NCBI RefSeq assembly: GCF_036321535.1
Contig: NC_087436.1
Span: 89,592,001-89,656,000, forward strand
From: Camelus dromedarius
Lineage: Eukaryota
DNA: 64,000 bases
Direction of reading: 5' to 3'
The first letter of the stretch is position 1. Each line of letters begins with the position of its first letter. Positions 39,684 through 52,504 of this stretch are shown in pieces. A program made the translations under genes and the position numbers. Below the pieces are notes generated by a model. The model saw only the letters and a list, made by a program, of their open reading frames with translations. It ran no database searches and was not told the DNA's origin.

Positions 39684-41400
39684 ATGGGATTCCAGTTATC
39701 CAAATAGTTTGAGGATGCCGCCACCCCTCCACCAGGGACTCTGGCTAATTTTATGTTTAAACACTGTGGTCCTGTAGTAGAGAATAACCTTTGTTTTGTT
39801 GGAGGTTTACAGGGACACCGTGACCTAGCCCAAGGGGATGGCTGCAAGAACAAAGAATGCCTGCAGCAATGCAACAACCAACCACACCCTCTCCCTTGTT
39901 TTTTTGTGTAAAAGGAGCCTGTATTCCGACTAGAGCAGGGTGGTTCTCCAAGACATTTGTCGGCCATCCTCTGGGTCTGCCGGCTGTCCAATAAAGTTGC
40001 TATTCCTTGCCCCAACGCCTCATGCAGTGAGCAAAATGAGTTTGGACTCGGCAACATCTCCTCATGTGCATTTCTAACTAAATGGACCAACCTGACCAAA
40101 AGCACTTTAGAATGTCAATGGCCATTTTGGAAAACTTTTATAATCCCCAAACTTAATTTTTTAAAAAACTAAATTGGACTACAATAGCTCAAAAGTTTCC
40201 AGAATTGAGTGGAATGCTTATTTTGATTGGCATTTTGAGGCTTCTCAACCTTATCTGGAGTCTAAATTTGCCTTTCTGTAAAATAAGATTTTGGTATTAA
40301 CTGAGAGAAACAAATGATTAAAGAAAAATAAAATGGCTCCTCAAAGCCTCAGATTCTTCTTCCTTGGCTTCTTTGCCTCTGGCTCCACCTCCAGCGCCAT
40401 CTTGTCGCTCTTCCGTGGCTCTTCCCCGGCCAGACACCTTCACTGGCGTCGTCATCTCCCTTCCCTTCTGTGCTGCGTGAGCCGCCGCTACACCCTCAAT
40501 TTCTCCCATACTAATCATCTCCCCAAACTTCCCCCTTTCTCCAAAACTTGTCCCACCCCCTTTTCTTCTGAACGTGTCAGAACCTGTTCCTTTAAAATTA
40601 AGCCCTCTGAGAATCTAGAGATTAAGCTCTTAATTTCTTATATTCCCTGGACTAAAGCTGAACTGTACACCGTTGTCAGAGATTTTCTCAAAATAATCAA
40701 CAATTCTCACAGATTTGCTGAGGAATTTAAGATAGTCACTCAATTTATCAATTTAGTCTCTCTGACTTGTATCAGCTAGTTCATATGCTTGTCCGTGTAG
40801 GCCAGCCCCAGCATTAGATGAAAACCCCTAAGTGGAAAAGTTCTGAGAAGTCTCTAGAATTACCACTAGGAGACCAGCTGACTAATTTATTATACAATTA
40901 GCCTCAGACAATTGCTAGGTGACTTTGTCAAGAAGCTTGTTGATTGGAACAAAATTCAGACCTGCACACAAAAATCTGATGAATCTGTTCATGATTATTA
41001 TGATCAACCTTATGTTATTTTTAAAGAATATTTTGGTTTTCTTTCAGATATTGATCCACCCAAGTAGCTTTTAACTCTATCTTTATCAGTGGGTTGAACA
41101 GGGGACCTTTCCCTGCAAAAAGGACCAGGGTAAAATGGGAAACTATGTCCACTTTAGATTGAGCTAATCTGACAAACAAGCTCTCTTTTACTTTAGCTGT
41201 TACCTTCAAGGAAGACCACCCAACGTCTTAATCTTCAACTCCAACAAGTGAAGGCTCCTAAATGAAACCGAAACCCTCCTGGTTTCTGCTATTATTGCGA
41301 TGAGCCAGGACATTGGAAAAGAGATTTTTACAAATTAAAGTGCTTTCGGTACCTTCAGCCCTCTAATCAGCCTTCCAGATTCCTCCCAGTTCTCAATCAT
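39684..41400 (+). pseudogene. gag: ERV gag remnant (MA-CA-NC), disrupted
   Basis: MGFQLSK myristoylation-type start (39684); MA motif CAFLTKW...QWPFWKTF; proline-rich linker; CA-like YIPWTKAEL...RFAEEF; single zinc knuckle CYYCDEPGHWKRD(F) at 41287-41328; multiple stops and frameshifts. Confidence 0.85.
39773..40056 (+). mobile_element. Nested solo LTR #2 inserted into gag MA
   Basis: TGtagtagag ... aataaa (~39990) ... ggactcggcaaCA; gag homology resumes on the other side (…KHCGP | SSCAFLTKW…). Confidence 0.8.
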
Positions 41401-44400
41401 ATGGCCCAAGGAACTACAGGGGCTCTTCCCAGTCCTCCTTCTTAGTTGTCTTGGAGAAACGTTTCTCCAGATTGGGGAGGACCCTCTTCCTGTCCTAACT
41501 GACACAGAAGCCACACTCTCAATGTTCAACCCCACTACTGTAAAACAAGTCTTTGCCTCAGAGCACTAAAAAGTTCAAGTAATGGAGATCTCTGACACAC
41601 CTCTAGTGGTTCCAGTCTCTGAACCTATTCCATTTCGTTTAGGCCCTTTGAGAGATACACACCCTTTTCTCTTTAGTTCCTCCACCCCTAGCCACTTATT
41701 AGGCCAGGACTCCTTAGAGAAGTGTCATGCCAGAATTTCTTTTTCTCAAATGGGGGAAATAATTCTGGAAATTGACAGTAGTTATCAAAATAGCCCACCA
41801 GGTGAATTAAATGACCCTTTGACATCCTTTATTTGCTCTGACTCTGAAAGTACCAAGCAGATTCTGGAAACACTAATCATTAGTCCCTATTGAATCAGCT
41901 ACCACTTTCCTTATGGGCAAAATCTCCAACTGATGTTAGCAAAATTCACATAAAAATTCAAAGAGACCCCTCAAAAGCCCAGAATTAATCAATACCCTCC
42001 AAGTAAAGAAATCTTTCAAGGCATAAAGCCCATAATAAATGATTACAAGGCTGAAGGCACATTATCCCATGTACTATAACCTCTGTAACACTCCCACTTT
42101 ACCAGTGAGGACACCTAAGGGTTAAGAGCAGAGGTTTGTCCAGGACCTTGGAGCAATAAACGACATTGTTATCCCTGGACATCCTGTCTTTCCTAGCCTA
42201 TGTTACTAACATGCATTCCCGCTGGAAGTAAATTCTTATACAGTACATTCTTTAGTATTCCAGTTGATGAAACTAGCAATACCTTTTTGCTTTCTCTTGG
42301 GAAGGAAAACAGTAATGCCTTAAGGTTTTACTGAATGTCCTTATTTCTTGCAAATGCTGAAGGCTAACCTGGATGACATAAAGTTCCTTAGAGATTCTTC
42401 TTTGTTGCAATATATGGATGATTTGCTTCTTTGCTCTCCTTCTCAAGGCTCCTCACAGGAAGACAGCATCCACTTGCTAAAGCTTTTAGCCTTAAGAAAA
42501 CTTAATATTGCCAAAGCAAAATTGCTGTTTGCCCAAACCTAGGTTTGAAATTTAGGGCATCTGCTATTAGAACAAGGGATACACCTAGGTCCAGGTAGAC
42601 TTCATGGTGTCCTAAGTCTCCCCAAACCCGAAAGTAAGTGCCAACTGTGAGGTTTTCTCAGGCTGGTAGGTCATTGCCTACATTGGGTTACAAATTTCTC
42701 TCTTTTGGTCAAAGCTCTATATGTTTTACTCAACAATGACCAACCTGGCCCAATTTTATGGGAAGAGCTGAATGACATAGCCTTCAAAGCCTTAAAGGAG
42801 AATTTGATGAACCCACTTGGCCCTTAGGCAGCCCAATTATTAGATTCCCTTTTCCCCTTATGAAAAGAAAGGGAATGCCTTTGGGTACACACCCCAAAAC
42901 ATGAGGCTCACCATCAGCCCATAGGATGTTATAGTCAGCAACTGGGCCCTGTAATACAGGGATACCCCACTTGTCTTAGAGCCATTACAGCCACTGCCCT
43001 TTTCTTTAAGTCCAATGGGGAAATTGTTGTGGGGTCACCTTTAATCATTTTTCCATCTCATGCAGTAGAAACTCTCCTGAATTCTCACCACATTCAACAT
43101 TTCTCAGCCAGCCACTTTACCTCCTATGAAGTCCTTCTTATTAACTGCCCCTCTGATAACTATTTTACATTTTAATAACCTTAACCTAGCTAACCTTTCT
43201 CCCTATCTGTCACCAACAACGTACATCACAACTACTTAACTCTGGTGGACCACTTCCTGACTCCTCATCATATCTACAGGAAATTCCACTGGGTAAGTTT
43301 GACTTCTCATTATTCACTGATGATTCTTATTTAAAAGAAAAAATGGCAAATATTATGCTGGATGTGCTATTACAAATCCTTTTAACATTGTTGAGGCAAC
43401 ATCTTTATGGCTACTTTGGCTCAACAGCTGAATTATACACTCTTGGGATTGTACTTTGGCCATGGACAAAACTGCCAGTATTTATACTGATAGTAGATAT
43501 GCCCTTGGAGTAGCTCATGATTTTGGAATGTTGTGGAAGAAACATGGCTCCCTTATGTTCTGTAGAAATAAAATTAAAAATGGCCCCAGTGTTCAGATAT
43601 TACTGGGTACAATACTTTTTACCAGCCACTTTAGCTAGTATTAAGATGCCAAGGCATTGTAAACTTGACCCTCAGGAAATGAGGGGTTGTCACCTTGCTG
43701 ATATTTCTGCAAGGAATCCTACCATTAAGGGGACCAACAGCAGCCATACCACGTGGTCCAAATAATAATTTAGAAAAACTGGCTAGAGAGGCCCAACAAT
43801 TGTCCTCAAAAAAGGAAAAACATGATTGGAAACTCAACAATTGTTGTTTTGACAAAAAGAGAAAAGCTCTGATTTGGAATAAATAACAAACTGGTCCTAC
43901 TAGAGATTCTAAAATGTCCACTCCCCACCCCTGTACGTGCATTAAACCATTGGTTTGCTGACAGAAGAATAGCTTTCATGAAGTAATATCAGTGGAGAAA
44001 CATTAACAAGGCCACAAAGAGTACGCACCTCACTTGTCCTACTTATCCAAAGTACAAGCCAGTGCAGCCTGTTCATACGGCCCTTGGAACATTTCAAACT
44101 GTCTCACGGACCATTTGAAGGCTGGCAGATGGATTTCATACAACTCCCTCTGTCTAATGGGTATAAATATGTTTTAGTCGTGGTTTTTATATTTTCACCC
44201 TGGACTGGAGCTTTCCCTTTCAGAGAGGCTCTTGTCTCTTCTGTGGCTGAGTTCTCTTTGGAAAATATCCCTACCTGGGAAATCTCCTCTTGAAATTCAT
44301 AGTGATAGAGGAACCCGTTTTACTGTCCAGGTGCTTTCACAGATCTGTGCTATTTGGCTGATTTTACAACACTTTCACTGTGCTTACCCCCCTCAATTCT

Positions 44401-44697
44401 CTGGTTTAGTCAAACAGACTAATAACATTGTTAAGACTCAGCTGGAAAAGTCCATCAAGGCCCTCCAATACCTTGGTCAAAAGCATTGCTGTTGGTCCTT
44501 TTGAATCTCAGATCCACTCCTGTTGGGACTCATAAACTCTCACCCTCTGAGATAGCCACAGGACGCCCAATGCACTTGGTTCCTGCTTCTTTTGACCAAC
44601 AGCTAATAAAAGGAGAAATACTCTAATATTGCAAAGGCCTAATTGCTTCTATTAAAAATAACCATATTTTGGTAGAGCAATCTTTTCACAGTGTGCC

Positions 44698-45060
44698 CGT
44701 CATTGGTGCCCATCTGGTATTTGTAACTGCTTAATTGTATAATGGTTTGGATGACTTTTCTCATGCTTTTGCCCATCAGGTTTGGGCTGGAGAGGAGGGG
44801 GGCTTGGGTTGTCTGCCCAACCCCCTAGTGATGTTGTATGTAGAGATCATGTGCAGTGCCCTGCTTTTACTCCTGACACCTCGGAAATGGCAGTTGGGTT
44901 TCTGTTTTCTGTATCTTGCTGTTCATAGCTCACTCCAAATGTGCGTGCTCGCAGTTAATTTTTAGGCCCGTATAGTTTCTTTGTATTTTGTTGCTTGAGG
45001 TGCAGGTCCTGGTCTGTGTAGGTGCTGCAGCAAGAGGTCCCAGGTCTCAGCCTGCCTTAA
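44698..45060 (-). mobile_element. Nested partial ERV1-type LTR #3 (antisense) in integrase
   Basis: Reverse strand reads ttaaggcaggctgagacctgggacctcttgctgcagc...caacaaaatacaaagaaactata, typical of an artiodactyl LTR U3; its 3' (polyA/U5) part is not evident. Confidence 0.6.
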
Positions 45061-45478
45061 TACTAGAAACATATGCCTACCTGACTTTAAACTGCACAAA
45101 TTTTTCTTTAGAGCACTTTTCCATAGACCCCCCCTTCCTAAACACTCTTTTATTCTAGGCACAAGAATATTGGGAGATTCCCAAAGTGGGAGATAAACTA
45201 CATACCCAGCTGAAGGAAGGGGACCACTGCATCTGCAAAAATAAGAACAAGATTGCAACAATTTTTTGGTCTCTGTGGAAACCAGTGCCACCCCTTGAAC
45301 TTTTACTATAAACTCCCCTATCTTCTTTTCTCTGGAGGCTCACAGTCTTGGAGGCATTAGCCCACAGTGACCTCCTTTGCTTGGCAAAGAAATAAAGCTA
45401 CCTTTTCTACTTCATCCCAAACTCTGTCCTTGAGTCTCAATTTGATAGTCAGGGTATGGAGGCTGAGTTTTGGCAGCA
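45061..45478 (+). mobile_element. Nested ERV1-type solo LTR #4 in integrase
   Basis: ctataaa (~45307), aataaa (~45391), ends gagttttggcagCA; integrase resumes at 45479 (…QSFHSV | LPGDEDFKHHTLQP…). Confidence 0.78.
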
Positions 45479-47465
45479 TGCTCCCAGGAGATGAAGACTT
45501 TAAGCATCACACCTTGCAACCTAGACTTTTGTCTATTAGAAAAGACACTTCCAGGAGAACACTCTTCAACTTTGCTGGAAAGGTTCCTGTCAAGTACTGA
45601 TAATCAACCCTTGTGCAGCCAAACTCCAGTCATATGTCAATGGCATCTATAAATGCAGCACTGTAAATTGGCATTTGATACTAGGAGAACACTGGTGACT
45701 TGATGGTCTTACTGTGAATATTTTCATTAGAGGATTAGGGGCAGAAGCAATAGATGGAGTTGGTAAATATTGGAGTAGAGGTTGTATAGATATCTCTATT
45801 TAGAAGCTTTAATAAAAACTGTTGTATTTATTTCAGAGAGAACAGGACAATTCATCAACCCAATTGATTAAAATATTCTTTAGTTAGGTTTTTTTTTTAT
45901 TTGGCTTGGACATGAATATATTTCTGAAATTATAAACACAACTATGGGATATGAAAGCAATGAAGGAGAGATTTAAAATATTTTTCTTCAGAATTGTTCT
46001 TAAACCACCCAGCCACCAACCTGATTCTTAAATATATCTAGAGAAAGCTTTTGTATAATCATCCCTAATCTCTAATATAATTCCAAGATAGAAGAGTGTT
46101 TTCAAAATTCTATTAGTCCCTACTGGAATTAAAGATTATTCCTGTGTTACCTCTCTTAATTATGAAATATTAATAACCAGTGCCCTTAATATTTTAATGG
46201 AAGGATGTCAATATCTAAAAATGAATGTCATTAGAATAATATCTACATTAAAGTTGATAAATAAAACATAAATAAACAAGTTAATGGAACTACCAGTGTA
46301 AACACTTGCCAGGAAAAAAAAAAAAAAAAGGTTAGTTTAATGGAGAGCCATATATCTTTTGTAGTGCCCTGAGAAGGAAATTTTTGGATAGCATCTTACT
46401 TTCTTGAAATGAAGCTGAGTCATGTTAATTTTGGTACAGTTTTCAATATGAGATATCAATTTAGAAATGTAATGTTTTCTCAAAAATTGAGCACTAAAAA
46501 GAAATTAAAATCAAAACCTTTATCCAGATCTTATGAAATGCAGTCAAGATACCAGATTCTGGCATATTTTTCAGGCATAAGATAGAAGACTGTAGACATC
46601 AATTAAGATCAGACTTTTTCAAGCATCTCTAATTTCAGTGAAAAGTCATTTCTATTTTTTAAAATGAGTATTGACTTTATATTAATGGCAATTAAAATTA
46701 TCATCAGGTTTAGTTGTGAAGTTAATTATACATCTTCAAGAGTCATTTTCTAAACTATTTAACTTGAGCACAGAATCAGAACATTGTGTTTCTTACCACC
46801 CAAGTCACAAACATCATACCATTTTATGAAACTCAAGAGGGAACACAGTTCACAGGTAGAATCAGAGATGAGATAATCACTTGATTGAAATGATACCAGT
46901 GGAGTCAGGTACAATGCAAAGACCTCTTCTATGAGAAGGAGATTAACATGTAAATAAAACTGAAGAAAGCCTTTTCTGAATGATGAAAATAATTGGATCA
47001 TGTCCAATGATCTAGCAATTCAGTTTTGCTTTTTTAATTTCAGATCTAGATGAGAAATAGCTTAATGACTACATTTGAGATATGGAAACTGAAACCCAGA
47101 ATAACTCAGAGCAGAAATGCTATGCCACATAATTTATTGTAACACAGGGAGAAACTAGTTTTCTTACCTTGGATTCATGTTTCAATTTCACAGTAGTACT
47201 GGTAGTTCTGACATACTTCTAACTGAGAAATTCTGACTGTGTATTTCTCTCACCAGCTCTTCCTCAGGAAAAAAGAGAAGTGTTTTCCTCTCTTTGCCTC
47301 ACCTGGGACAGCCAAATTTTTGTCTTTAAAAGTTCTTCTAGTGGTGAGAGAATGTGTGATAATTGATTCTCCTTGTTTTGGGTAACACTCTAAAATAAAT
47401 AACAATCCAGGGCATCACTCACAAGTACAAGTTCATCAACAAATTTTTTTGAAATTAGCTTAGAG

Positions 47466-47796
47466 CAGCACTGTCCAATAGAAATATAATGTGAACCATG
47501 CATGAGGTTTAAATATTTTAGTGACCATATTTTTTAAACAGTAAAAAGAAAGAATAAACATAATTTTAATAATAGATTTTTGTTAACTTGGTATATCTAA
47601 AATATTGTTTCAACATGTAATCAATATAAAAATGATTTGTTAATGAGATACTTACGATTCTTATTTTCATAGATAGTCTTTGAAATGCAGGATATATATA
47701 CATATAAACTCCAAAATACCTAATTCAGACTGGCTACATTTTGTGTGCTTAATACCAATATGGAGCTAATGGCTACTATACCATATGTCACAGCAC
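47466..47796. mobile_element. MER33/MER3-like hAT-Charlie element
   Basis: cagcactgtccaatagaaatataatgtgaacca start; ctaatggctactata...acagcac end; TAGA-containing flanks. Confidence 0.8.
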
Positions 47797-48549
47797 TAGA
47801 AAGTTAAAGGCAGAGAGAGGAGAGAGGGGATAGCCTGATCTGGGCAAAGAATGAGGTTCTGGACTGTGTGAATTGAGGAATCCTGGAGATCTGTTCTGTG
47901 TATGCAAATATCTGCAATTTGGCAAGGTTTCAGTGGGGAATGGCTGTAAAATGCCTGTGGAGGGCTGTGAGCCAGGGTAATTTGCTTCAAAATATGACAT
48001 TTCTTACATTTGATTATTCTTGAATAAATTCCCACTGTTGCATGGGTTTTCACCTCCAAATAAACAGAGTATTTGGTTAAAGTTTCTAAATAGAATAATG
48101 TGTACTCAATACTTCTACTCCAAAAACTAGTACTTGTGGCTCAACCTGATGTGACCTAAATTCTGCCTCTAAGCTGCTGTTGAAATTATCCACACTAAGA
48201 CAAGAAATGAAGACAGTTACTTAAATCAGAAGAGAATCCGTCACTGGAAATTCTCATGAAGAATTTATTTTATGATACGACTATTATTTTCTACTACAGC
48301 AAAGTAAAGAAGCTAGTTGGTTGAGAATTCTAGAGGCAATGTAACTTGATATTTGTAATTATGAAGTACATTACTAAGGATTTTTAGTGTACTCAATAGC
48401 ACTATTAAGCCTGGGGAAATAAGGTTTAGACCAGACCAGACCAGACCAAGCATAGGAAACAGTTTTCATTTCATATGTTAAATCTGAAGACTTGGTAATG
48501 GCCACCATCAGCTCCTTGTGAATAAAGAATCTGGGGCTAAATTTCTCTT

Positions 48550-48672
48550 CTTTTCCCCTAGCTTTATTGAGGTCCAACTGAACAATAAAATGGTAAGATA
48601 TTTAAAGTGTACACCATGATAACTTGATAACATACATAACTGTGAAGGGAATCCTCCCACCTGGTTAATTAA
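48550..48672 (-). mobile_element. Short L1 3' end fragment
   Basis: agctttattgagg...gatatttaaagtgtacaccatga...gttaattaa. Confidence 0.6.
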
Positions 48673-49610
48673 GCTGGGGTTGATTAGCAATGCCTGCTGT
48701 GAGTTCAGGAGGTAGAATGAATTAGACCATGTTTGAATTATATATCTGTATACACTTACAGTGAATGTAGTAGAATGTATGCCTCCAGAAGTCATGTTTG
48801 GAGAGTCAGACATACCCAAGAACTATTTCTGCCTCATGTTGGTGTCCAGACCCAATTCACTGCTAATTTTTACTGCTGTAAAAACCAGGAAGAGTGATGG
48901 CACCAGTTAGATAGAAATGGGCTTTAGAATGAGAATACTTTGATGTAAATCTTATGTACCTTTGGGAAAATCAATTTCCTCTTCTCTAAAATGAGGATAA
49001 TAGTAACACCAATCTCACAGGAGTGTTGTGAAACACTCTTTAATGTGTAAAGCATTTGATATTTGTTGTTCTTAGGTAAGTATGATTTGAGGACGTTATG
49101 AGATTTTTAAGGACAAGAATCATGACTTACATTTTTTTTTTTAACATACCTGGCATCAGTAAACTATAGGTGTCAAAGCAAATTAAGTAATTTTGAACTG
49201 GAATGTTATCAAGTTTTACTTTTTGTGTATATCAAAGCAAAAACATAAACTAACTTTCTTTTTAGATCAAAGTATAGGCTTTATTAGAGATAGGATAAGA
49301 TGCTAAATGACTTCTTTGAGTTGCTTCCAACCCTTTCTGTCTATGCTACCGAAATAGAAAGTCAAAAAGGAAGGGCCTGCCTATAACAATTTTCAACAGG
49401 AATTCATTGGTAGTCATTGTGTGGTTGTTGTAAAATACAGCTTAGTATTTTATGGCAGCTTAATCTACTTTGCCTTTCATCTGTGCATCTGTGAAAAAAT
49501 AGTGACAACATGGAAAATATTCTAAATCAAACATATGGAGTGCTGGAGACTGCAGCCAAATCCTGTCCTTACCAAACTGTTATCAAGAGAAAGTAGAAAT
49601 TCCAAGGCTC

Positions 49611-50699
49611 GTTTTTTTTCTTTCTTTTATTGCAGTATAGTCAGTTACAAAGTGTCAATTTCTGGTGTACAGCATAATTCCCCAGTCATGCATATATGTA
49701 CATATATTCATTTTCATATTCTTTTTCTTTAAAGGTTATTACAAGGTATTGAATATAGTTCCCTGTGCTATATGGAAGAAATTTGTTTTTTATCTATTTT
49801 TATATATAGTGGTTAACCTTTGCAAATCTCAAACTCCCAAATTTATCTTTTCCCTCCCCCTTTCCCCTGGTAACCGTGAAATTGTTTACTATGTCTGCAA
49901 GTCTGTTTCTGTTTTGTAGATGAGTACATTAGTGTCCTCTTCTTGCTTTTCTTCTTCTTTTTTATTTTAAGATTCCATATATGAGAGATATCATATGGTA
50001 TTTTTATTTTTCTTTCTGGCTTACTTCACTTAGAATGATGATCTCCAGGTCCATCCATGTTGCTGCAAATGGCATTATTTTATTCTTTTCTTTTTATCAC
50101 TGAGTAGTATTCCACTGTATAAATATACCAAAACTTCTCTATCCAGTCACCTGTCAACAGACATTTAGGTTAGTTCCAAATCTTGTCTATTGTATATAGT
50201 GCTGCTATGAACATTGGGGTGCATGCATCTTTTCAAATTAGAGTTCCCTCCAGATATATGCCCAGGAGTGGGATTGCTAGATCACATGGTAAGGAATGGA
50301 GAAAATATTTGCAAATGATGCAACTGACAAAGATTTAATTTCCAGAATATATAAACAGCTCATACAACTTAATAACAAAAAAGAAAAAAGAACCCCATCA
50401 AAAAATTGGCAGAAGATCTAAACAAGCAATTCTCTAATGAAAACATACAAATGGCCAATAGGCACATGAAAAAATGCTCAGTGTTGCTAATTATCAGAGA
50501 AATGCAAATCAAAACTACAATGAGGTATCACCTCACACCAGTTAGATTGGCAGTCATTAAAAAGTCCATGAACAAGAAATGCTGGAGAGGGTGTGGAGAA
50601 AAGGGAACCCTCCTGCACTGCTGGTGGGGATGTAGTTTGGTGCAGCCATTATGGAAAACAGTATGGAGATTCCTCAAAAAACTAAAAATAGACTCACCA
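49611..50699 (-). mobile_element. Young camelid-type L1 with 5' inversion (twin priming)
   Basis: 49611-50293 antisense L1 3' end with T-tail; 50294-50699 sense ORF2 ([10 protein letters not shown]...[32 protein letters not shown]); candidate TSD ccaaggctcgtttt (49602) / ccaaggcttaattt (50697). Confidence 0.9.
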
Positions 50700-51379
50700 A
50701 GGCTTAATTTGAATGCTAGATGATTGTAATGAACTCAGATAGCCACTCCCTTAAGTTGATTATTATTTAAAAATATCCCCCAAAGAGAAACAATGAAAAG
50801 TCTCATAAAATATTTTTGTCCAGATCTCACCAAATGTTTAAAACAGAAAAGAACTCTAAGTAAATCCATATATAAGGAACATACATATACACAAATACAC
50901 TCACACACACACACAGAGACCATACATACCTAATAGTTGAACACAAATGAACATGTATAGATTCAGAATGAAAGAGGCTTAACATAAAATTTTGAAACAA
51001 ATAATTTGATGACATGACATCTTATCACAACTATTTATCATAGTTTCTTTTTTTTTTGAGTACTGTGCCTCATGAATACACAGAGAGGTGAAGAATGGAG
51101 TTCATGAAGTGCTACTAACACCAGGACCAATGTATGGTCATTTGGACTGTGCCATCTATCCATCTGTGGGAGGAACCAGTCACATGTGAAGGACAGCCCT
51201 TTAAGTTGTACACTGGAGCAGCACTCAATCTAAAAACATGTTGATATCAAATGAATAACTTTTTTTGTAAGAGGATAACCTCATATTATCTTTTAGTTTG
51301 ACCATATACTATATATTGTAAATTCATTTTTCTTATTTTGGTACAATATGCATTACTCAGCAATCTTTCTCCAAGAGAA

Positions 51380-51570
51380 ACATTTCACAAATGTTGGCTG
51401 CATTATAATCTCTGAAAGACTTGTTAAAAAAAAAAAAAAGATTTCTGAACTCTACCTCCACAGTTTCTAATTCAGTTAAGTTTGGGGTAGAGATTGAGAA
51501 TTTTTATTTTGAACTAATTCTTAGGTGATACTGATTGAGCTGGTCCAGGGACCACACATTGATGACCTAT
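51380..51570. mobile_element. MER5A-like hAT-Charlie MITE
   Basis: ttggctgcattataatc...gtttctaattcagt...ggtgatactgat...ggtccagggaccacac. Confidence 0.75.
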
Positions 51571-52504
51571 TTCCTTGGATGATTGAAACAATACGTATGA
51601 GTAGATGAGCTAGGCAGAAGAATTACATTTATAGTGATTTTTTTTTTAAATCTCAGTATACATGGCAATATTCTTATATAACACTGAATATAAAATAACA
51701 ATCTTGGTTATTTAATTAGATGCTTTCTATACCTAACCTTAAATAACCAGATATTTGGCATCATGTAGACAATTGCTTTGATTACCTTACATTTTTCCTT
51801 TGGTACTGTTTATTAGATGAACTTGCTGGGTAGTGAGATTGTATTTCTAATCAAGGTTGAAATAATATTTTAAAAACAAGTCAGATGACAGTTCCTATGC
51901 CACCCCAAAATCTGCTGTAGAATATTCTTGTTTTAAGAGAAACTGCTCAGGCTTTTAGACATAGAGGAATGTTTGACTTCAGGATTTGATTAGAACATAT
52001 TTCCTTATTGAGTAATTTTTATAATTTTTCTAATTAGGGTGCTTTCAATTATAGGCTATCACATGGTGCCTGTTTAGGGTGGTGTAGGCTTTGCAGTTAG
52101 GGTATTTCCAGCCATAGATTACTTAAGAGATAAGTAAAGCACACAGAAATTGGCATGTAAAACAAACTTTATATTCTCAAGTTAAGGAGAAATTCAGGTT
52201 TTCTAAAAACTATTTTAATATGTAGTAAAATGCACCAAATGACACCATATTTTTTAAAGCAAACAAACAAAAACCCCCCCAAAACCCCCAAGCCCCAAAG
52301 CAACAACAAAAACTAAAGAGCAAAATTATATTATTTATTACACTGATTGTATTGTTTACTATTTCTGTTCATTAAATTACATATAATACATTTTATTTTT
52401 GAAAAATATAGAAAATCACACAAAATATGTAAAAATATAAAACAGAAGAATTGACATAAATTATACACATAAACACAACAGGATAATTTAAACATGATAC
52501 TTTT

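Larger units (their letters stand above)
41400..45630 (+). pseudogene. pol: ERV pro-pol remnant (protease, RT, RNase H, integrase), disrupted
   Basis: PR: VLTDTEATLS (41501, from DTGA) and LLGQD; RT: FVQDL.AIN (~42134), LLQYMDDLLL (42411); RNase H: FTD.SY (~43313), IYTDSRYALG; IN: WQMDFIQLP, IHSDRGT, HCAYPPQFSG and C-terminal HTLQP...WKGSCQVL (decayed WKGPYQVL) after 45479. Confidence 0.92.

Noticed and set aside
42411..42422. YMDD RT motif suggesting a beta- or lentivirus-like element
   Set aside because: TAT ATG is readily derived from TAC GTG (YVDD) by CpG decay; the single zinc knuckle, gag-pro-pol layout and 4-bp TSD of the sister LTR indicate class I.
39684..45630. Domesticated or intact retroviral gene (gag, pol or env co-option)
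   Set aside because: All domains have stops and frameshifts, catalytic and structural motifs are mutated (DTGA>DTEA, CCHC last Cys>Phe), the longest ORFs are under 150 aa, and there is no env.
50406..50723. 105-aa ORF that looks like a real protein
   Set aside because: It is the L1 ORF2 C-terminal cysteine-rich segment within the inverted part of a truncated L1.
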